This document shows positions 33,327 through 43,054 of a DNA stretch of 64,000 nt, piece by piece. The notes under the pieces were generated by a model that worked only from the letters and a program-made list of their open reading frames with translations, was not told the origin of the DNA and made no database searches. The stretch is from Magnetospiraceae bacterium (GTDB lineage: Bacteria; Pseudomonadota; Alphaproteobacteria; Rhodospirillales; JBMYUJ01): NCBI GenBank assembly GCA_049605255.1, contig JBMYUJ010000006.1:7608-71607 (forward strand), read 5' to 3'. Position 1 is the first letter of the stretch. Each line of letters opens with the position of its first letter. A program made the position numbers and the translations under genes.

Positions 33327-35164
33327 GGGTCAACTCCAATTGTGTTTTCGTCCGTCGGGCGGTCGACATCCATTTTGCCCGCATAGCCACGGGGCGTATA
33401 GACCCAAACCGACCCACCCCGCTGGATGAGACGGCTCTGGCTGCTGCCCACCATCACGAGGGTCAGCATATCCGCATCTTCGGGCGAGACTGTGGCAAGG
33501 TCGGTAAAGCGCAAGGATTCCCCCGGCCGCCCAAGATTGCGGGCGAGGATCACCGGCGTGGATTTCGGCCGATATTGCAACAGGATATCCCGCGCGGCGG
33601 CAAGCTGGGTGCGGCGCCGCTGGGATACCGGATTATAGAATGCCACCACGAAATCCGCCGCCCCGGCACCATGCAGGCGTTGTTCGATCACCGGCCAGGG
33701 GGTGAGCAGGTCAGAAAGGGAAATGGTGCAAAAATCATGGCCCAAGGGCGCCCCGGCCCGGGCGGCGGCGGCTTGCAGGGCGGAAATACCGGGTATCAGG
33801 GTCATCGCTACCCGGCGCCAGGCGGGGTCGTCTTCCCGGTCCAGCAGCTCCATGACCAGGCTCGCCAGGGCGTAAATTCCTGCATCCCCGGAACAAATCA
33901 ACGCCACCTGCTTGCCCTGCCCGGCGAGGTCCAGCGCCAGGCGGGCCCGTTCGATCTCCTGCGACAGCGGCGTATCATGCAAGGTCTGATCCCGGTGCAG
34001 GTCTTGCGCCAGATCCAGATACAGCTTGAATCCCACCCAATCGGTGGCCTGGCGCAAGGCGGCGGTGGCTTCCGGCGCCCGCCAGGAAGGGTCTCCCGGG
34101 CCCAGTCCGACCACCCAAAGCCGCCCCCGGGGCCGACCCGCCGCCGGGTCCACCCCCGAAGGATGGCGGGCGATGGCGCAGGTCACCCGGCGCCCCACCA
34201 CCTTGGGCACAATCAAGGCACCGCCCGCGCCCGCGCAGGCCAGCGCGGCGGCTTCTGCCACCCCATGGCAGCCAACGGCCGCATAAACCGTGTCGGACGG
34301 CGTGGCGAGGCGCGGGGTTTCTGCTTCCAACGTGGGGGCATCGAAAAACCGGGCAGGAACGCCCAGGCTGCGGGCCAACTGATGCACAGCCGCTTCATCG
34401 GATTTCAGATCGAGAGACACCACACGCGCAATGGAATCAGGCGCTAAATCATGGTCTTGAAGGGTTTCTTGCACAAGAGACATGAGGGCGCCCGGGTCTG
34501 CATCCCGCTCGCAGCCGACCCCGAGCGCCAGGGTGGGCGGATGCAGCACCGCATCTGCCGATCCCACCGTCGCGGCCCGATCGGTAACCCGCAAATGCCG
34601 CGCCCCTTCTGGCTCGAAAGGCGCGCCGCCCGCGGTCAGCCAGGTCGCGTCCCCCGCCTCTACGGTCAGCTTCACCGGGTCCCCCGCCGCCAGGGCCGCC
34701 AGGATGGACCGGCCCCCATCCACCGATCGTAATCGCCAACCCGGCGGGGGATCATCCAGGGCGAGATCGTAGCGCAGGTCGTTGGCGGTGGTCAGCGCCG
34801 CTATGCCGCCCAAAATGCCGGAAATTTCCGCCGCCAGCCCGTTGGCGCCATGATGCCCACCCAGCAGTGGCACCGCAACGGACCCATCCGCCGCCACGGC
34901 CACCACCGGGGGTTCGGCGGTTTTATCGGCGAGGCAGGGGGCGAGTGCGCGGATCAGGATTCCGCCGGCGCAGATGCCGATAAGGGGGGTTCCGGCGGTA
35001 AACAGCGCCTGTAGATGGGGAATAGCGGTATCGAATTCGGCATCCACGCCGCTGCCCCGGGGGCCGTGCAGGGTGGCATCAGGGAAGGCGGACCGCAGCT
35101 GGAGGGCAACCTCCAGCCCACCGGCGCTGACCATCACGATGGCGGGGGCCTGTTTCATTGTCAT
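33323..35164 (-). CDS. cobJ: Bifunctional cobalt-precorrin-5A hydrolase (CbiG) / precorrin-3B C17-methyltransferase (CobJ/CbiH)
   Basis: 613 aa. The N-terminal two-thirds is CbiG-like (PLLGGHHGANGLA, LGVGCERD, VGCHGVAEAAAL). The C-terminal third is a tetrapyrrole methylase (LWVVGLGPGDPSWRAPEA, ICSGDAGIYALAS). ATG at 35164 overlaps the cobI TGA. The 131 extra residues in the track ORF overlap cobI and are rejected. Confidence 0.85.
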   Translation of the reverse strand: MTMKQAPAIVMVSAGGLEVALQLRSAFPDATLHGPRGSGVDAEFDTAIPHLQALFTAGTPLIGICAGGILIRALAPCLADKTAEPPVVAVAADGSVAVPLLGGHHGANGLAAEISGILGGIAALTTANDLRYDLALDDPPPGWRLRSVDGGRSILAALAAGDPVKLTVEAGDATWLTAGGAPFEPEGARHLRVTDRAATVGSADAVLHPPTLALGVGCERDADPGALMSLVQETLQDHDLAPDSIARVVSLDLKSDEAAVHQLARSLGVPARFFDAPTLEAETPRLATPSDTVYAAVGCHGVAEAAALACAGAGGALIVPKVVGRRVTCAIARHPSGVDPAAGRPRGRLWVVGLGPGDPSWRAPEATAALRQATDWVGFKLYLDLAQDLHRDQTLHDTPLSQEIERARLALDLAGQGKQVALICSGDAGIYALASLVMELLDREDDPAWRRVAMTLIPGISALQAAAARAGAPLGHDFCTISLSDLLTPWPVIEQRLHGAGAADFVVAFYNPVSQRRRTQLAAARDILLQYRPKSTPVILARNLGRPGESLRFTDLATVSPEDADMLTLVMVGSSQSRLIQRGGSVWVYTPRGYAGKMDVDRPTDENTIGVDP

Positions 35165-35841
35165 GGGGCGGAAACCAGAATCATGGCGAAATAGGGGGCC
35201 GACTCGGCGGTTTTCAGCGGTTCTACGGTGGCTTCCGGCTGGCTCGCCCGGCTGACCAGGAGCGCCTGATCCAGCCGACCCAACTCCGAGAGCAGATCCT
35301 TGACCTTCTCCAGATGGCGGCCCACCTTGATCAGACCGAGGGACTCCGAGGCCGTAATTTTCTCCCGCAGAATATCCTCGGGAAGGGTGCAGGGAATAAT
35401 GCTGAAGCTCACATCCCCCCACACGAGGGGGCGGCACGCCTGCGCGGCACAGGCCTGCGGTGCGGATACCCCGGGGACGACCGTGACAGGGAACCGTCCC
35501 TGTAAGCGCTCCAGCAAATACAGGAACGAGCCATAGAACAGGGGGTCGCCCTCGCACAGCACCACAACATCCTGATCTTGTTCAAGATGCTCAGATATCA
35601 CGGGTTCGAAACGATCATAGACTTCCGTCGCCCGCTCTCCCGCCCGGTAGGGGGTGGGCATGGGAATTTCCACCGCCGTGTCCGCGATAAGATCGGCGGC
35701 GATGGTCCGGGCCATGCTGGGGCCCAGTTCCGGTTTCGGATAGGCAATCACCGGCGCGGCGGCGATGATCCGCGCCGCCTTGAGGGTCAGCAGTTCCGGA
35801 TCGCCAGGGCCCACGCCCACGCCATACAAATGCCCGCTCAC
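35161..35841 (-). CDS. cobI: Precorrin-2 / cobalt-factor-II C20-methyltransferase
   Basis: LYGVGVGPGDPELLTLKA N-terminus and VVVLCEGDPLFYGSF. ATGA-type overlaps at both ends. Confidence 0.85.
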   Translation of the reverse strand: MSGHLYGVGVGPGDPELLTLKAARIIAAAPVIAYPKPELGPSMARTIAADLIADTAVEIPMPTPYRAGERATEVYDRFEPVISEHLEQDQDVVVLCEGDPLFYGSFLYLLERLQGRFPVTVVPGVSAPQACAAQACRPLVWGDVSFSIIPCTLPEDILREKITASESLGLIKVGRHLEKVKDLLSELGRLDQALLVSRASQPEATVEPLKTAESAPYFAMILVSAP

Positions 35842-37043
35842 GGCTTATCCACCACCAATTGCAATACCGGGGCCTTGGGTTTCAGGGTCGTCAAACGACC
35901 CACGGGTTCCGCCTCGTCGATGGAAATCCGCCGCAAGGCGCCACCATTAGCCTCCCGAAACGAAAGCATCTCCCGTTCGGCTTCCAGCGTAACCCCATTG
36001 GCCACCAGCCGCCCACCTGCCGCCAAACGCTGCCAGCAAGCAGGTAAAAGACCCGGCACCGAAACGCCGCCGCCCAGAAAGAGGCGATCGGGCGCCCCCG
36101 CCAGACCCGACAAAGCCCCGGGCGCGGCGCCGTGCACGATTTCCAGATACGGAACCCCCAGATTCTGCGCGTTTTCCGTGATCCGCCTTACCCGTTCCGG
36201 GTTCGTTTCAATAGCAATGGCCTGAGCACGGCCCGCCAAACGCAGCCATTCGATGGCGACGGACCCGCTGCCCGCGCCCACATCCCACAACAGCAAGCCT
36301 GGCCGGGGAGCAAGCGCCGCAACGGTGACCGCGCGTACCGCCGATTTGGTGATCTGCCCATCATGGTCATACAGGTCGTCGGGCAAACCCGCCCCTTCAT
36401 GCGACAAGGGGTTCGGAGCGCCGACACAGTGGAGGCCAATGGTATTGAGATCGGCGCAGGTTTCCTGGGTCCAGTCCCGCGCGACGCCTTCAAGGCGATT
36501 TTCACGGGGCCCGCCCATATGTTCCAGCACCGTGAGCGTGCTTTCCCCATACCCCTTTTCAGTGAGCAGCCGGGCCAAGGCGGCAGGCGTGGTGCCATCT
36601 TGCGCCAAAATTACCAGCCGCGCCCCCGGATACAGGTGCCGGTTGATGGAGTCCAGCGCCCGCCCATGCACGGTGACGGTCGCCACATCCGTCAACGGCC
36701 AGCGCAGCCGCGAACAGGCGAGGCTGAAGGCGGAAGGCGCTGGAATCACGGTCATTTCCCCACCATCCAGCCGTTTTAGCAAGGTTGATGCGATGCCGTA
36801 ACAAAAAGGATCGCCGCTCGCCAACACCGCAACGGGCTTGCCCCGCCAGGCGAGGACCTGATCCAACCCGTCCCACAGCCCCCATTGCCAACTGGCCCGG
36901 GGTCGGTCATCGGCGGGCAGCATGGCCAGATGGCGCGCGCCCCCCGCCACATGGCTGGCCGCGTCCAGGGCCGCGCGGGCGGCGGGGGTCAGGCCCGATA
37001 GCCCCTCTTCTCCGATACCGATGATGGTGAGCCAGGGGGTCAT
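35838..37043 (-). CDS. cobL: Precorrin-6Y C5,15-methyltransferase (decarboxylating), CbiE/CbiT fusion
   Basis: N-terminal tetrapyrrole methylase (LTIIGIGEEGLSGL, LASGDPFCYGI) and C-terminal SAM methyltransferase (LWDVGAGSGSVAIEW). ATG at 37043 overlaps the cobH TGA. Confidence 0.85.
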   Translation of the reverse strand: MTPWLTIIGIGEEGLSGLTPAARAALDAASHVAGGARHLAMLPADDRPRASWQWGLWDGLDQVLAWRGKPVAVLASGDPFCYGIASTLLKRLDGGEMTVIPAPSAFSLACSRLRWPLTDVATVTVHGRALDSINRHLYPGARLVILAQDGTTPAALARLLTEKGYGESTLTVLEHMGGPRENRLEGVARDWTQETCADLNTIGLHCVGAPNPLSHEGAGLPDDLYDHDGQITKSAVRAVTVAALAPRPGLLLWDVGAGSGSVAIEWLRLAGRAQAIAIETNPERVRRITENAQNLGVPYLEIVHGAAPGALSGLAGAPDRLFLGGGVSVPGLLPACWQRLAAGGRLVANGVTLEAEREMLSFREANGGALRRISIDEAEPVGRLTTLKPKAPVLQLVVDKP

Positions 37044-37657
37044 TCGGCGGTCCCCAAACACAGGGCGTTGACCGCCGCCGCCGCATAGGCGCTGCCGCCG
37101 CGCCGCCCCAACAGGGTGACAAACGGGGTATCGCCCGCATGATCCGCCAGGGCCTGCTTGGATTCCGCCGCGCCAATAAACCCGACCGGCAAGCCGATGA
37201 TCAGCGCCGGGGGCGGCGCGCCCGCTGCCAACAGTTCCAACAGACGGAACAAGGCGGTGGGCGCGTTGCCGATGGCCACCACCGCGCCAGTCAATTGCGC
37301 CTGCCAGAGGTCTACCGCCGCCGCCGCACGGGTCGACCCCTTGGCGCGGGCCTGATCCAGGGTACAGATCACCGGGTTCTGCGTGGGCAGGAACCGGCGG
37401 GTGATTCCCGCCGCCACCATGTTGGCGTCGCAGAGAATCGGGGCGCCCCGCTGCAGCGCCGTGGCCCCGGCCTGCCCCGCGCCCGCCGACCAGCGCAGAT
37501 GGTTGAGAATATCCGGATCGCCGCAGGCATGGACAATGCGCAGCGCCAGGGGCTGCAAATCCGCCGGAATTGCCGTCAGATCACAGGCCGCGCGAATGGC
37601 GGCAAAGGATTGGCGGTAGATTTCCGCCGGGTCGCGGCAATATTCGAAACGGGTCAT
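37040..37657 (-). CDS. cobH: Precorrin-8X / cobalt-precorrin-8 methylmutase
   Basis: 205 aa with the CbiC/CobH pattern (IVHACGDP, ILCDANMV, VAIGNAPTALFRLLEL). Start overlaps the cbiX stop. Confidence 0.85.
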   Translation of the reverse strand: MTRFEYCRDPAEIYRQSFAAIRAACDLTAIPADLQPLALRIVHACGDPDILNHLRWSAGAGQAGATALQRGAPILCDANMVAAGITRRFLPTQNPVICTLDQARAKGSTRAAAAVDLWQAQLTGAVVAIGNAPTALFRLLELLAAGAPPPALIIGLPVGFIGAAESKQALADHAGDTPFVTLLGRRGGSAYAAAAVNALCLGTAE

Positions 37658-38640
37658 TCGTTCTTGGCGGATTGGGCGGCGGGTTTGGCGGCGGGTGTGC
37701 CGTCATGGCCATGGTCGTGCGGATGATCATGATGATGGTGGTGGTGATGGTGATGGTGCCCATCGGTACCGATCCCCCGCACATGATGATGGTGCCCGGC
37801 CTGGGGCGCGCCGACCTCGGCCTCCCGCCCGATCATCTGTTCCCGATACTTGCAAAGCTGGCAGTTCATGGCGTTTTCGCCGGTGGCGATCTCTTGCAGG
37901 CGAGAGACGAAAGTTTCGATCACCCCGTCATGATCGTTGAGATACCCGGCCTTGAGGATCTCCACGCCCGGATGCAGCGCTGCCACCGCGTCGGTCTGGT
38001 CATAGATTCGCCGCACCAGCACCCCGGTGAACAGGAAATAGGGGAACACGATGATCCGCTTGAATCCCAGCTTCACCGCATGGGTCAGGCAACCATCCAC
38101 CCGGGGGTGGGCGACGCCGGAAAAAGCCACCTCGCACCAGCCAAACCCCATGCCTTCCCACAGCATGCGGGCGACCTTGGAAATATTGGAATTGGCATCC
38201 GGATCGTTGGTGCCACGCCCGACCACGACCAATAACGTCTCCGCCCGCTCCACCGATGTGGGGGCCGCTGCCTCCACCTCTTCGATGCGGGCTTTGGCGG
38301 CGGCGAGCAGGCGGGAGTCGATCCCCAGCTCGCGCCCGAAGTGCACCTCCAGCGCCGGGTTGGCGGCGGCGAAATCATTCACCTCCGAGGGCAGGTCGTT
38401 TTTCACATGCCCGGCGGCGAACAGCATCCCCGGCAGGCAATGAATGCGCGTGGCGCCCTGGGTTTTCAGGTTTTCCAGCCCATCGCGGATGATCGGATGG
38501 GCAAATTCCAAAAACCCGCTATCCACCGGCTGATCGGGCAGGCGCGCCTGCAAGCGGACGGCCAGATTGTTAAACTCCGCCACGGCGGACGGGTCGCGGC
38601 TGCCATGGCCACAGAGCATCACGGCGGGTTTTTCGGTCAT
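37654..38640 (-). CDS. cbiX: Sirohydrochlorin cobaltochelatase, long form (CbiX-L) with Fe-S motif and poly-His tail
   Basis: Two CbiX repeats (LCGHGSRD, VVGRGTNDPDAN). An MxCxxC-type motif (AMNCQLCKY). C-terminus GHHHH...H10-DHPHDHGHDG (His10 encoded at 37729-37758). Confidence 0.8.
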   Translation of the reverse strand: MTEKPAVMLCGHGSRDPSAVAEFNNLAVRLQARLPDQPVDSGFLEFAHPIIRDGLENLKTQGATRIHCLPGMLFAAGHVKNDLPSEVNDFAAANPALEVHFGRELGIDSRLLAAAKARIEEVEAAAPTSVERAETLLVVVGRGTNDPDANSNISKVARMLWEGMGFGWCEVAFSGVAHPRVDGCLTHAVKLGFKRIIVFPYFLFTGVLVRRIYDQTDAVAALHPGVEILKAGYLNDHDGVIETFVSRLQEIATGENAMNCQLCKYREQMIGREAEVGAPQAGHHHHVRGIGTDGHHHHHHHHHHDHPHDHGHDGTPAAKPAAQSAKNE

Positions 38641-38760
38641 CGCGCTTGGTCCTTTGCCTCCGAGCGTTGGGGATCCGCCTGGTCTGTGCCTCCGGGCGGG
38701 AATGGGTGGACGGCACTATAAGGCTTGATTCCCGCCAAGGGAAACCGGATTCTCCCGGCC

Positions 38761-39756
38761 ATGCTTACCTTTGGTCTCATTCCGCATGGCGGATTCGATC
38801 CCTTGTTCCTGCTCCTGGCGGCCCTCGTGCTGGACGCCTACCTGGGCGAGATGGATGTGATTTTCCGCCGTCTGCCCCACCCGGTGGTGATCATCGGGCG
38901 GGCCATAGACCGGCTGGATCGCAAGCTGAACCGGGAAACCCGGGGGGATATGGACCGGCGGGTGCGGGGATTGATCGCGGTGATCATGATCCTGCTGCCC
39001 TGCGCGGCGCTGGGTTGGATCATCGCCTGGCTGAGCCAGCATTTTCCCTTCGGTTGGGCGGTGGAGTTGACCCTGATCGTGACCTTGATCGCGCAACGCT
39101 CGCTTTATGACCATGTGGCGGCGGTGCGCGCGGGTTTGAAAACCGGGGGTCTGGAAGGCGGGCGCTTGGCGGTGGCCAAGATCGTCGGCCGCGACCCGCT
39201 GCAATTGGATGGGCATGGGGTCGCCCGGGCGGCCATCGAATCGGCGGCGGAAAACTTTTCCGATGGCGTGGTGGCGCCGATCTTTTGGTATCTGCTGTTC
39301 GGCCTGCCGGGTTTGCTGGTCTACAAGGCGGTCAATACCCTGGATAGCATGATCGGCCATCGTACCCCACGCCATCAGGCCTTTGGCATGGCGGCGGCGC
39401 GGTTGGACGATATCCTGAATCTCATTCCCGCCCGCCTGGCGGGGTTGATCCTGTGTTGCGCGGCCCTGTTTGTGCCCAAGGGCAATCCGGTGAAAGCCCT
39501 CACCACCATGCTGCGCGATGCGGGCAAGCATCGATCCCCCAATGCGGGCTGGCCGGAGGGCGCCATGGCCGGGGCGCTGGGTTTGGCCCTGGCCGGGCCC
39601 CGCCGCTACCGGGAAGCGGTGGTGGAGGATCCCTGGATCGGATCGGGTCGCGCCCGCGCCACGCCCAGTGATATCCGGTCGGCGCTGCATATGTTGGCGG
39701 TGGGTTGCTTGATCAGCGCGGGGTTGGTGCTGCTGGCGATCCTGTTACGGTTTTAG
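38761..39756 (+). CDS. cbiB: Adenosylcobinamide-phosphate synthase
   Basis: Membrane protein with CobD/CbiB motifs (ESAAENFSDGVVAPIFWYLLFGLPG, YKAVNTLDSMIGH, SPNAGWPEGAMAGALG). ATG at 38761 preferred to 38725. Divergent from cbiX. Confidence 0.85.
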   Translation: MLTFGLIPHGGFDPLFLLLAALVLDAYLGEMDVIFRRLPHPVVIIGRAIDRLDRKLNRETRGDMDRRVRGLIAVIMILLPCAALGWIIAWLSQHFPFGWAVELTLIVTLIAQRSLYDHVAAVRAGLKTGGLEGGRLAVAKIVGRDPLQLDGHGVARAAIESAAENFSDGVVAPIFWYLLFGLPGLLVYKAVNTLDSMIGHRTPRHQAFGMAAARLDDILNLIPARLAGLILCCAALFVPKGNPVKALTTMLRDAGKHRSPNAGWPEGAMAGALGLALAGPRRYREAVVEDPWIGSGRARATPSDIRSALHMLAVGCLISAGLVLLAILLRF

Positions 39757-39773
39757 CAGAAAATGGCCAAATA

Positions 39774-39801
39774 GCCCCCTGGGTCTGGGCCCGGGGGTGA
39801 C
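39774..39801. repeat. REP-like GC-rich hairpin, copy B
   Basis: GCCCCCTGGGTCTGGGCCCGGGGGTGAC. Same CCCCC..GG / CC..GGGGG stem and GGGGGTGAC tail as copy A, with one mismatch. Lies in the cbiB / grpE convergent gap. Confidence 0.45.
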
Positions 39802-39841
39802 GAGAGCGTGGGGTCGGTATGTTTCGCGCGGGAAACCCGTT

Positions 39842-40543
39842 TCAGGTTTTTGTATCCACCTTGCCGCCGGCTTCCGGCGGTTTGTCGTAGGCGGTGGCGG
39901 CAGCGGAATCGCCGTTTCCGTCGGCATCGGCATCGGGTTTGGGCGCTTCCTTGGGCCCGCCCTTGGCGACACCCACCATGGCGGGGCGCAATAGCCGATC
40001 GTGTATCACATAGCCGGGGGCCAATTCCTGCACCACGGTGCCGCTGGGCACGGACGCGTCGGGCACTTCGAACATGGCCTGATGCAGGTTATGGTCGAAC
40101 GGCTTGCCTGCGGCCTCGACCTTCTTGATGCCGTGGCGTTCGAATGTTTGCGCCAGTTCCCGCGATACCAACTGCACCCCTTCGGCGATGGCGGCCAGGC
40201 CCCCATCCGCGTCTTTGGGCATGCTTTCCAGCGCCCGGTGGAGGTTATCGGCCACGCCCAGCATATCGCGGGCGAAATTGGTCACCGCATAGCGTGAGGC
40301 GTCCTCTTTTTCCCGGGCGCTGCGGCGGCGTAGGTTTTCTGTTTCAGCCATGGCGCGCAGGAGCTGATCCTTGATCTGCGCCTTTTCCGCTTCCAGCTCC
40401 TCCAGGCGGCCATTGTCGAAGATCGCGCCCAGCTCCTCGGCGCCGATTTCCTGCAGCTCTTCTTCAGGCAGGGCTTCGGAATCCGCCTCGGGGGTTTGCG
40501 CGGTTTCGGGGGTTTCCGGTTGCTTCTCGTCGTTTGGCGACAT
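39842..40543 (-). CDS. grpE: Nucleotide exchange factor GrpE
   Basis: Acidic N-terminus, a coiled coil (KDQLLRAMAETENLRRR), a GrpE core (FDHNLHQAMF, GYVIHDRLLRPAMVGV), plus a ~35-aa low-complexity tail. ATG at 40543 (GGAGA upstream) preferred to TTG at 40570. Confidence 0.9.
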   Translation of the reverse strand: MSPNDEKQPETPETAQTPEADSEALPEEELQEIGAEELGAIFDNGRLEELEAEKAQIKDQLLRAMAETENLRRRSAREKEDASRYAVTNFARDMLGVADNLHRALESMPKDADGGLAAIAEGVQLVSRELAQTFERHGIKKVEAAGKPFDHNLHQAMFEVPDASVPSGTVVQELAPGYVIHDRLLRPAMVGVAKGGPKEAPKPDADADGNGDSAAATAYDKPPEAGGKVDTKT

Positions 40544-40562
40544 GGTCTTTTCCGTTTCTCCG

Positions 40563-41597
40563 TTATCCAATCAAGCGGCCAACGATTTTGGCCGTGAAAT
40601 CCACCATCGGAATGATGCGGGCATAATTCAGCCGGGTCGGGCCGATCACGCCGATGGCGCCGACGATCTTTTCTTCCCCATCCCGGAACGGCGCCACCAC
40701 CATGGAGCAGCCCGCCTCGGCGAACAGGGGATTATCGGCGCCGATGAAAATCTGCACGCCCTCTGCCGAATCGGCGAGGTTCATCAGTTTCAACACGGCT
40801 TCCTTGGTTTCCAGCACCTCGAACAGGCCGCGAATGCGTTCCAGATCGGTCAGCGCGCCCACATCCTCCAACAAATGGGCCTGACCCCGCACGATCAGGG
40901 ATTCCTTGGCGGACCCACCGGTCCAGGTGGCCAACCCCGCCTCCACAACGCGGCTGGTCAGGGCATCCAGTTCACTGCGATGGGTTTCCAGGTCAGCCGA
41001 GATGTCCTTCAGGCCCTCGGCCAGGGTCTTCCCCACCAGGCGCGCCGATAGAAAATTGCTCGCCTGCACCAGGGTGGAGGGCGCGAGGTCGGCGGGGACA
41101 GAGACCACCCGGTTTTCCACCACGCCGTTTTCCCCCACCAAAATGGCCATGGCCCGGCCCGGATTGAGGGAGACGAATTCGATATGCCGCAGTGGCGCCT
41201 CGCCTTTGGGGGCGGCCACCAACCCGGCGCAGTTGGACAGGCCGGATAAGGTTTCCGTCGCCTGGGTCAGCGCGGCTTCCAACGTGCGCCCGGCGGATTT
41301 GCATTGGGCTTCGATTGCGGCGCGCTCCACCTTGGTAAGATTACCCACTTCCAGCAGGCCATCCACATAGAGCCGCAGGCCCGTATCCGTCGGCAGGCGC
41401 CCGGCGGATTTATGGGGCGCATAGAGCAGGCCCAAATCCTCCAAATCCGCCATCACATTGCGGATGGAGGCGGGGGACAGATCGATGGACTGTACCTTCG
41501 ACAGCGTGCGCGACCCCACGGGTTCGCCGGTCTCCAAGTAAGACTGGACGATTTCTCGCATGATTTCGCGGGCGCGGTCGTTGAGTTCCGTAATCAT
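40563..41597 (-). CDS. hrcA: Heat-inducible transcription repressor HrcA
   Basis: N-terminal winged helix (LNDRAREIMREIVQSYLETGEPVGSRTLS) and a typical HrcA C-terminal region. ATG at 41597. Confidence 0.9.
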   Translation of the reverse strand: MITELNDRAREIMREIVQSYLETGEPVGSRTLSKVQSIDLSPASIRNVMADLEDLGLLYAPHKSAGRLPTDTGLRLYVDGLLEVGNLTKVERAAIEAQCKSAGRTLEAALTQATETLSGLSNCAGLVAAPKGEAPLRHIEFVSLNPGRAMAILVGENGVVENRVVSVPADLAPSTLVQASNFLSARLVGKTLAEGLKDISADLETHRSELDALTSRVVEAGLATWTGGSAKESLIVRGQAHLLEDVGALTDLERIRGLFEVLETKEAVLKLMNLADSAEGVQIFIGADNPLFAEAGCSMVVAPFRDGEEKIVGAIGVIGPTRLNYARIIPMVDFTAKIVGRLIG

Positions 41598-41728
41598 CGT
41601 GGGCGCAATGTAGTAACGCCCAGGCCCCGGGTCAATCGCGGCAGGAGCGCCCCGATACGACGAGGCCTTGACATTCCGCTTTAAGGAGGCCATCCCCGGG
41701 GGCAATACCGACGGGGGAGAGCCTGATT

Positions 41729-42448
41729 ATGAGACCATCTGGACGCGCACCTGACCAACTGCGCGAGATTATTCTGGAGACCAATGTGAACCGCCATGCG
41801 GAGGGGTCCTGCCTCGCCCGCTTTGGCCATACCCATGTGCTGTGCACCGCCTCGGTGGAAGAACGGGTGCCGCCGTGGCTGCGCGGCGGCGGCAAGGGCT
41901 GGGTCACCGCCGAATATGGCATGCTGCCCCGATCCACCCATGATCGCATGGGCCGGGAGGCGGCGCGAGGCAAGCAATCGGGCCGCACCCAGGAAATCCA
42001 GCGCCTGATTGGCCGCAGCCTGCGTGCGGTAACAGACCTGAAAGCCCTGGGGGAAATGCAGATCACCGTGGATTGCGATGTGATCCAGGCCGATGGCGGC
42101 ACCCGGACGGCCTCCATCACCGGCGGCTATGTGGCGCTGCATCTGGCGCTGCAACGCTTGGTGAAACTGGGAATTCTCCCGGCGCTGCCGCTGATCGATC
42201 AGGTGGCGGCGGTGTCGTGCGGGCTGTATCAGGATACCGCCGTGTTGGATTTGGATTACGATGAGGATTCCGCTGCCGAGGCGGATGCCAATTTCGTGCT
42301 GACCGGCACCGGTGGGATTGTAGAGATCCAAGGCACCGCCGAGGCGGACCCGTTCAGTGAAGCCCAATTCATGGAGCTGCTGGCCCTCGCCAAAAAAGGC
42401 GTGAGCGAACTGGTCGCGGTACAAAAGGCGGCGATCGGGGGGGCCTGA
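41729..42448 (+). CDS. rph: Ribonuclease PH
   Basis: [12 protein letters not shown]...[17 protein letters not shown]...[14 protein letters not shown]...[14 protein letters not shown] is a full-length RNase PH pattern. Confidence 0.92.
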   Translation: MRPSGRAPDQLREIILETNVNRHAEGSCLARFGHTHVLCTASVEERVPPWLRGGGKGWVTAEYGMLPRSTHDRMGREAARGKQSGRTQEIQRLIGRSLRAVTDLKALGEMQITVDCDVIQADGGTRTASITGGYVALHLALQRLVKLGILPALPLIDQVAAVSCGLYQDTAVLDLDYDEDSAAEADANFVLTGTGGIVEIQGTAEADPFSEAQFMELLALAKKGVSELVAVQKAAIGGA

Positions 42449-42451
42449 GCC

Positions 42452-43051
42452 ATGGCGCGGAAATTCACCGGCGATACCCTGGTCATTGCCAGCCATAACG
42501 CGGGCAAGGTGCGCGAGATCGGCGATCTGATGGCCCCGTTCGGGGTCAAGGTGGTCTCTGCCGGGGAATTGGATTTGCCGGAACCGGTGGAAGATGGCGA
42601 TAGCTTCGCCGCCAATGCGGAACTAAAGGCGCGCGCCGCTGCCTTGGGCGCCAATCTGCCCGCCCTGGCCGATGATTCCGGTTTGGCCGTGCGTGCGTTG
42701 GGGGGCGATCCCGGTATTTTTTCCGCCCGCTGGGCCGGGCCAGACCGGGATTTCCGTCTCGCCATGGAAAAGGTGGAGGAAAAGCTGGAAGGCGAGGACG
42801 ACCGCAGCGCCCATTTTGTCTGCGTGCTGGCGCTGTGCTGGCCCGACGGCCATCTGGAAAGCTTCGAAGGCACGGTGCACGGTACCCTCACTTGGCCCCC
42901 CCGGGGGGATCAGGGCTTCGGCTATGACCCGGTGTTCCTGCCCGATGGCCATGCCGTTACTTTCGGCGAAATGGCGCCGGAAAAAAAACATGCCATGAGC
43001 CATCGGGCCAATGCCTTCCGGCAATTGGTCGCCGCCTGTTTCGAGGAATAG
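42452..43051 (+). CDS. rdgB: dITP/XTP pyrophosphatase (RdgB/HAM1 family)
   Basis: [40 protein letters not shown] and SHRANAF motifs. Confidence 0.9.
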   Translation: MARKFTGDTLVIASHNAGKVREIGDLMAPFGVKVVSAGELDLPEPVEDGDSFAANAELKARAAALGANLPALADDSGLAVRALGGDPGIFSARWAGPDRDFRLAMEKVEEKLEGEDDRSAHFVCVLALCWPDGHLESFEGTVHGTLTWPPRGDQGFGYDPVFLPDGHAVTFGEMAPEKKHAMSHRANAFRQLVAACFEE

Positions 43052-43054
43052 GCC

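Noticed and set aside
35165-35557. 131-aa N-terminal extension of the cbiG/cobJ ORF given in the track (744 aa)
   Set aside because: The extension overlaps cobI in another frame and is Gly/Pro/Arg-rich. The ATG at 35164 forms the ATGA overlap with the cobI stop that is seen at every other junction of the operon.
37570-38235. 221-aa + strand ORF containing MMMVVVMVMV runs
   Set aside because: It is the antisense reading of the CbiX poly-His tail (CAT/CAC repeats) and of the CbiX body. It is an artefact.
38641-38760. Possible cobalamin riboswitch in the cbiX / cbiB divergent spacer
   Set aside because: The spacer is only 120 nt. I see fragments (GGTCCT, GCGGGAATGGGTGGACGGCACTATAAGG, AAGGGAAACCGG) that recall riboswitch pieces. 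There is no GCCACTG loop, no B12 box, and too little length for the full fold. I have not called it, but a cmsearch with RF00174 would settle it.
41598-41728. CIRCE operator (TTAGCACTC-N9-GAGTGCTAA) or a clear sigma-32 promoter upstream of hrcA-grpE
   Set aside because: No CIRCE-like inverted repeat is present in the hrcA / rph spacer. A TTGACC ... TACTACAT pair can be read as a promoter, but too weakly to report.
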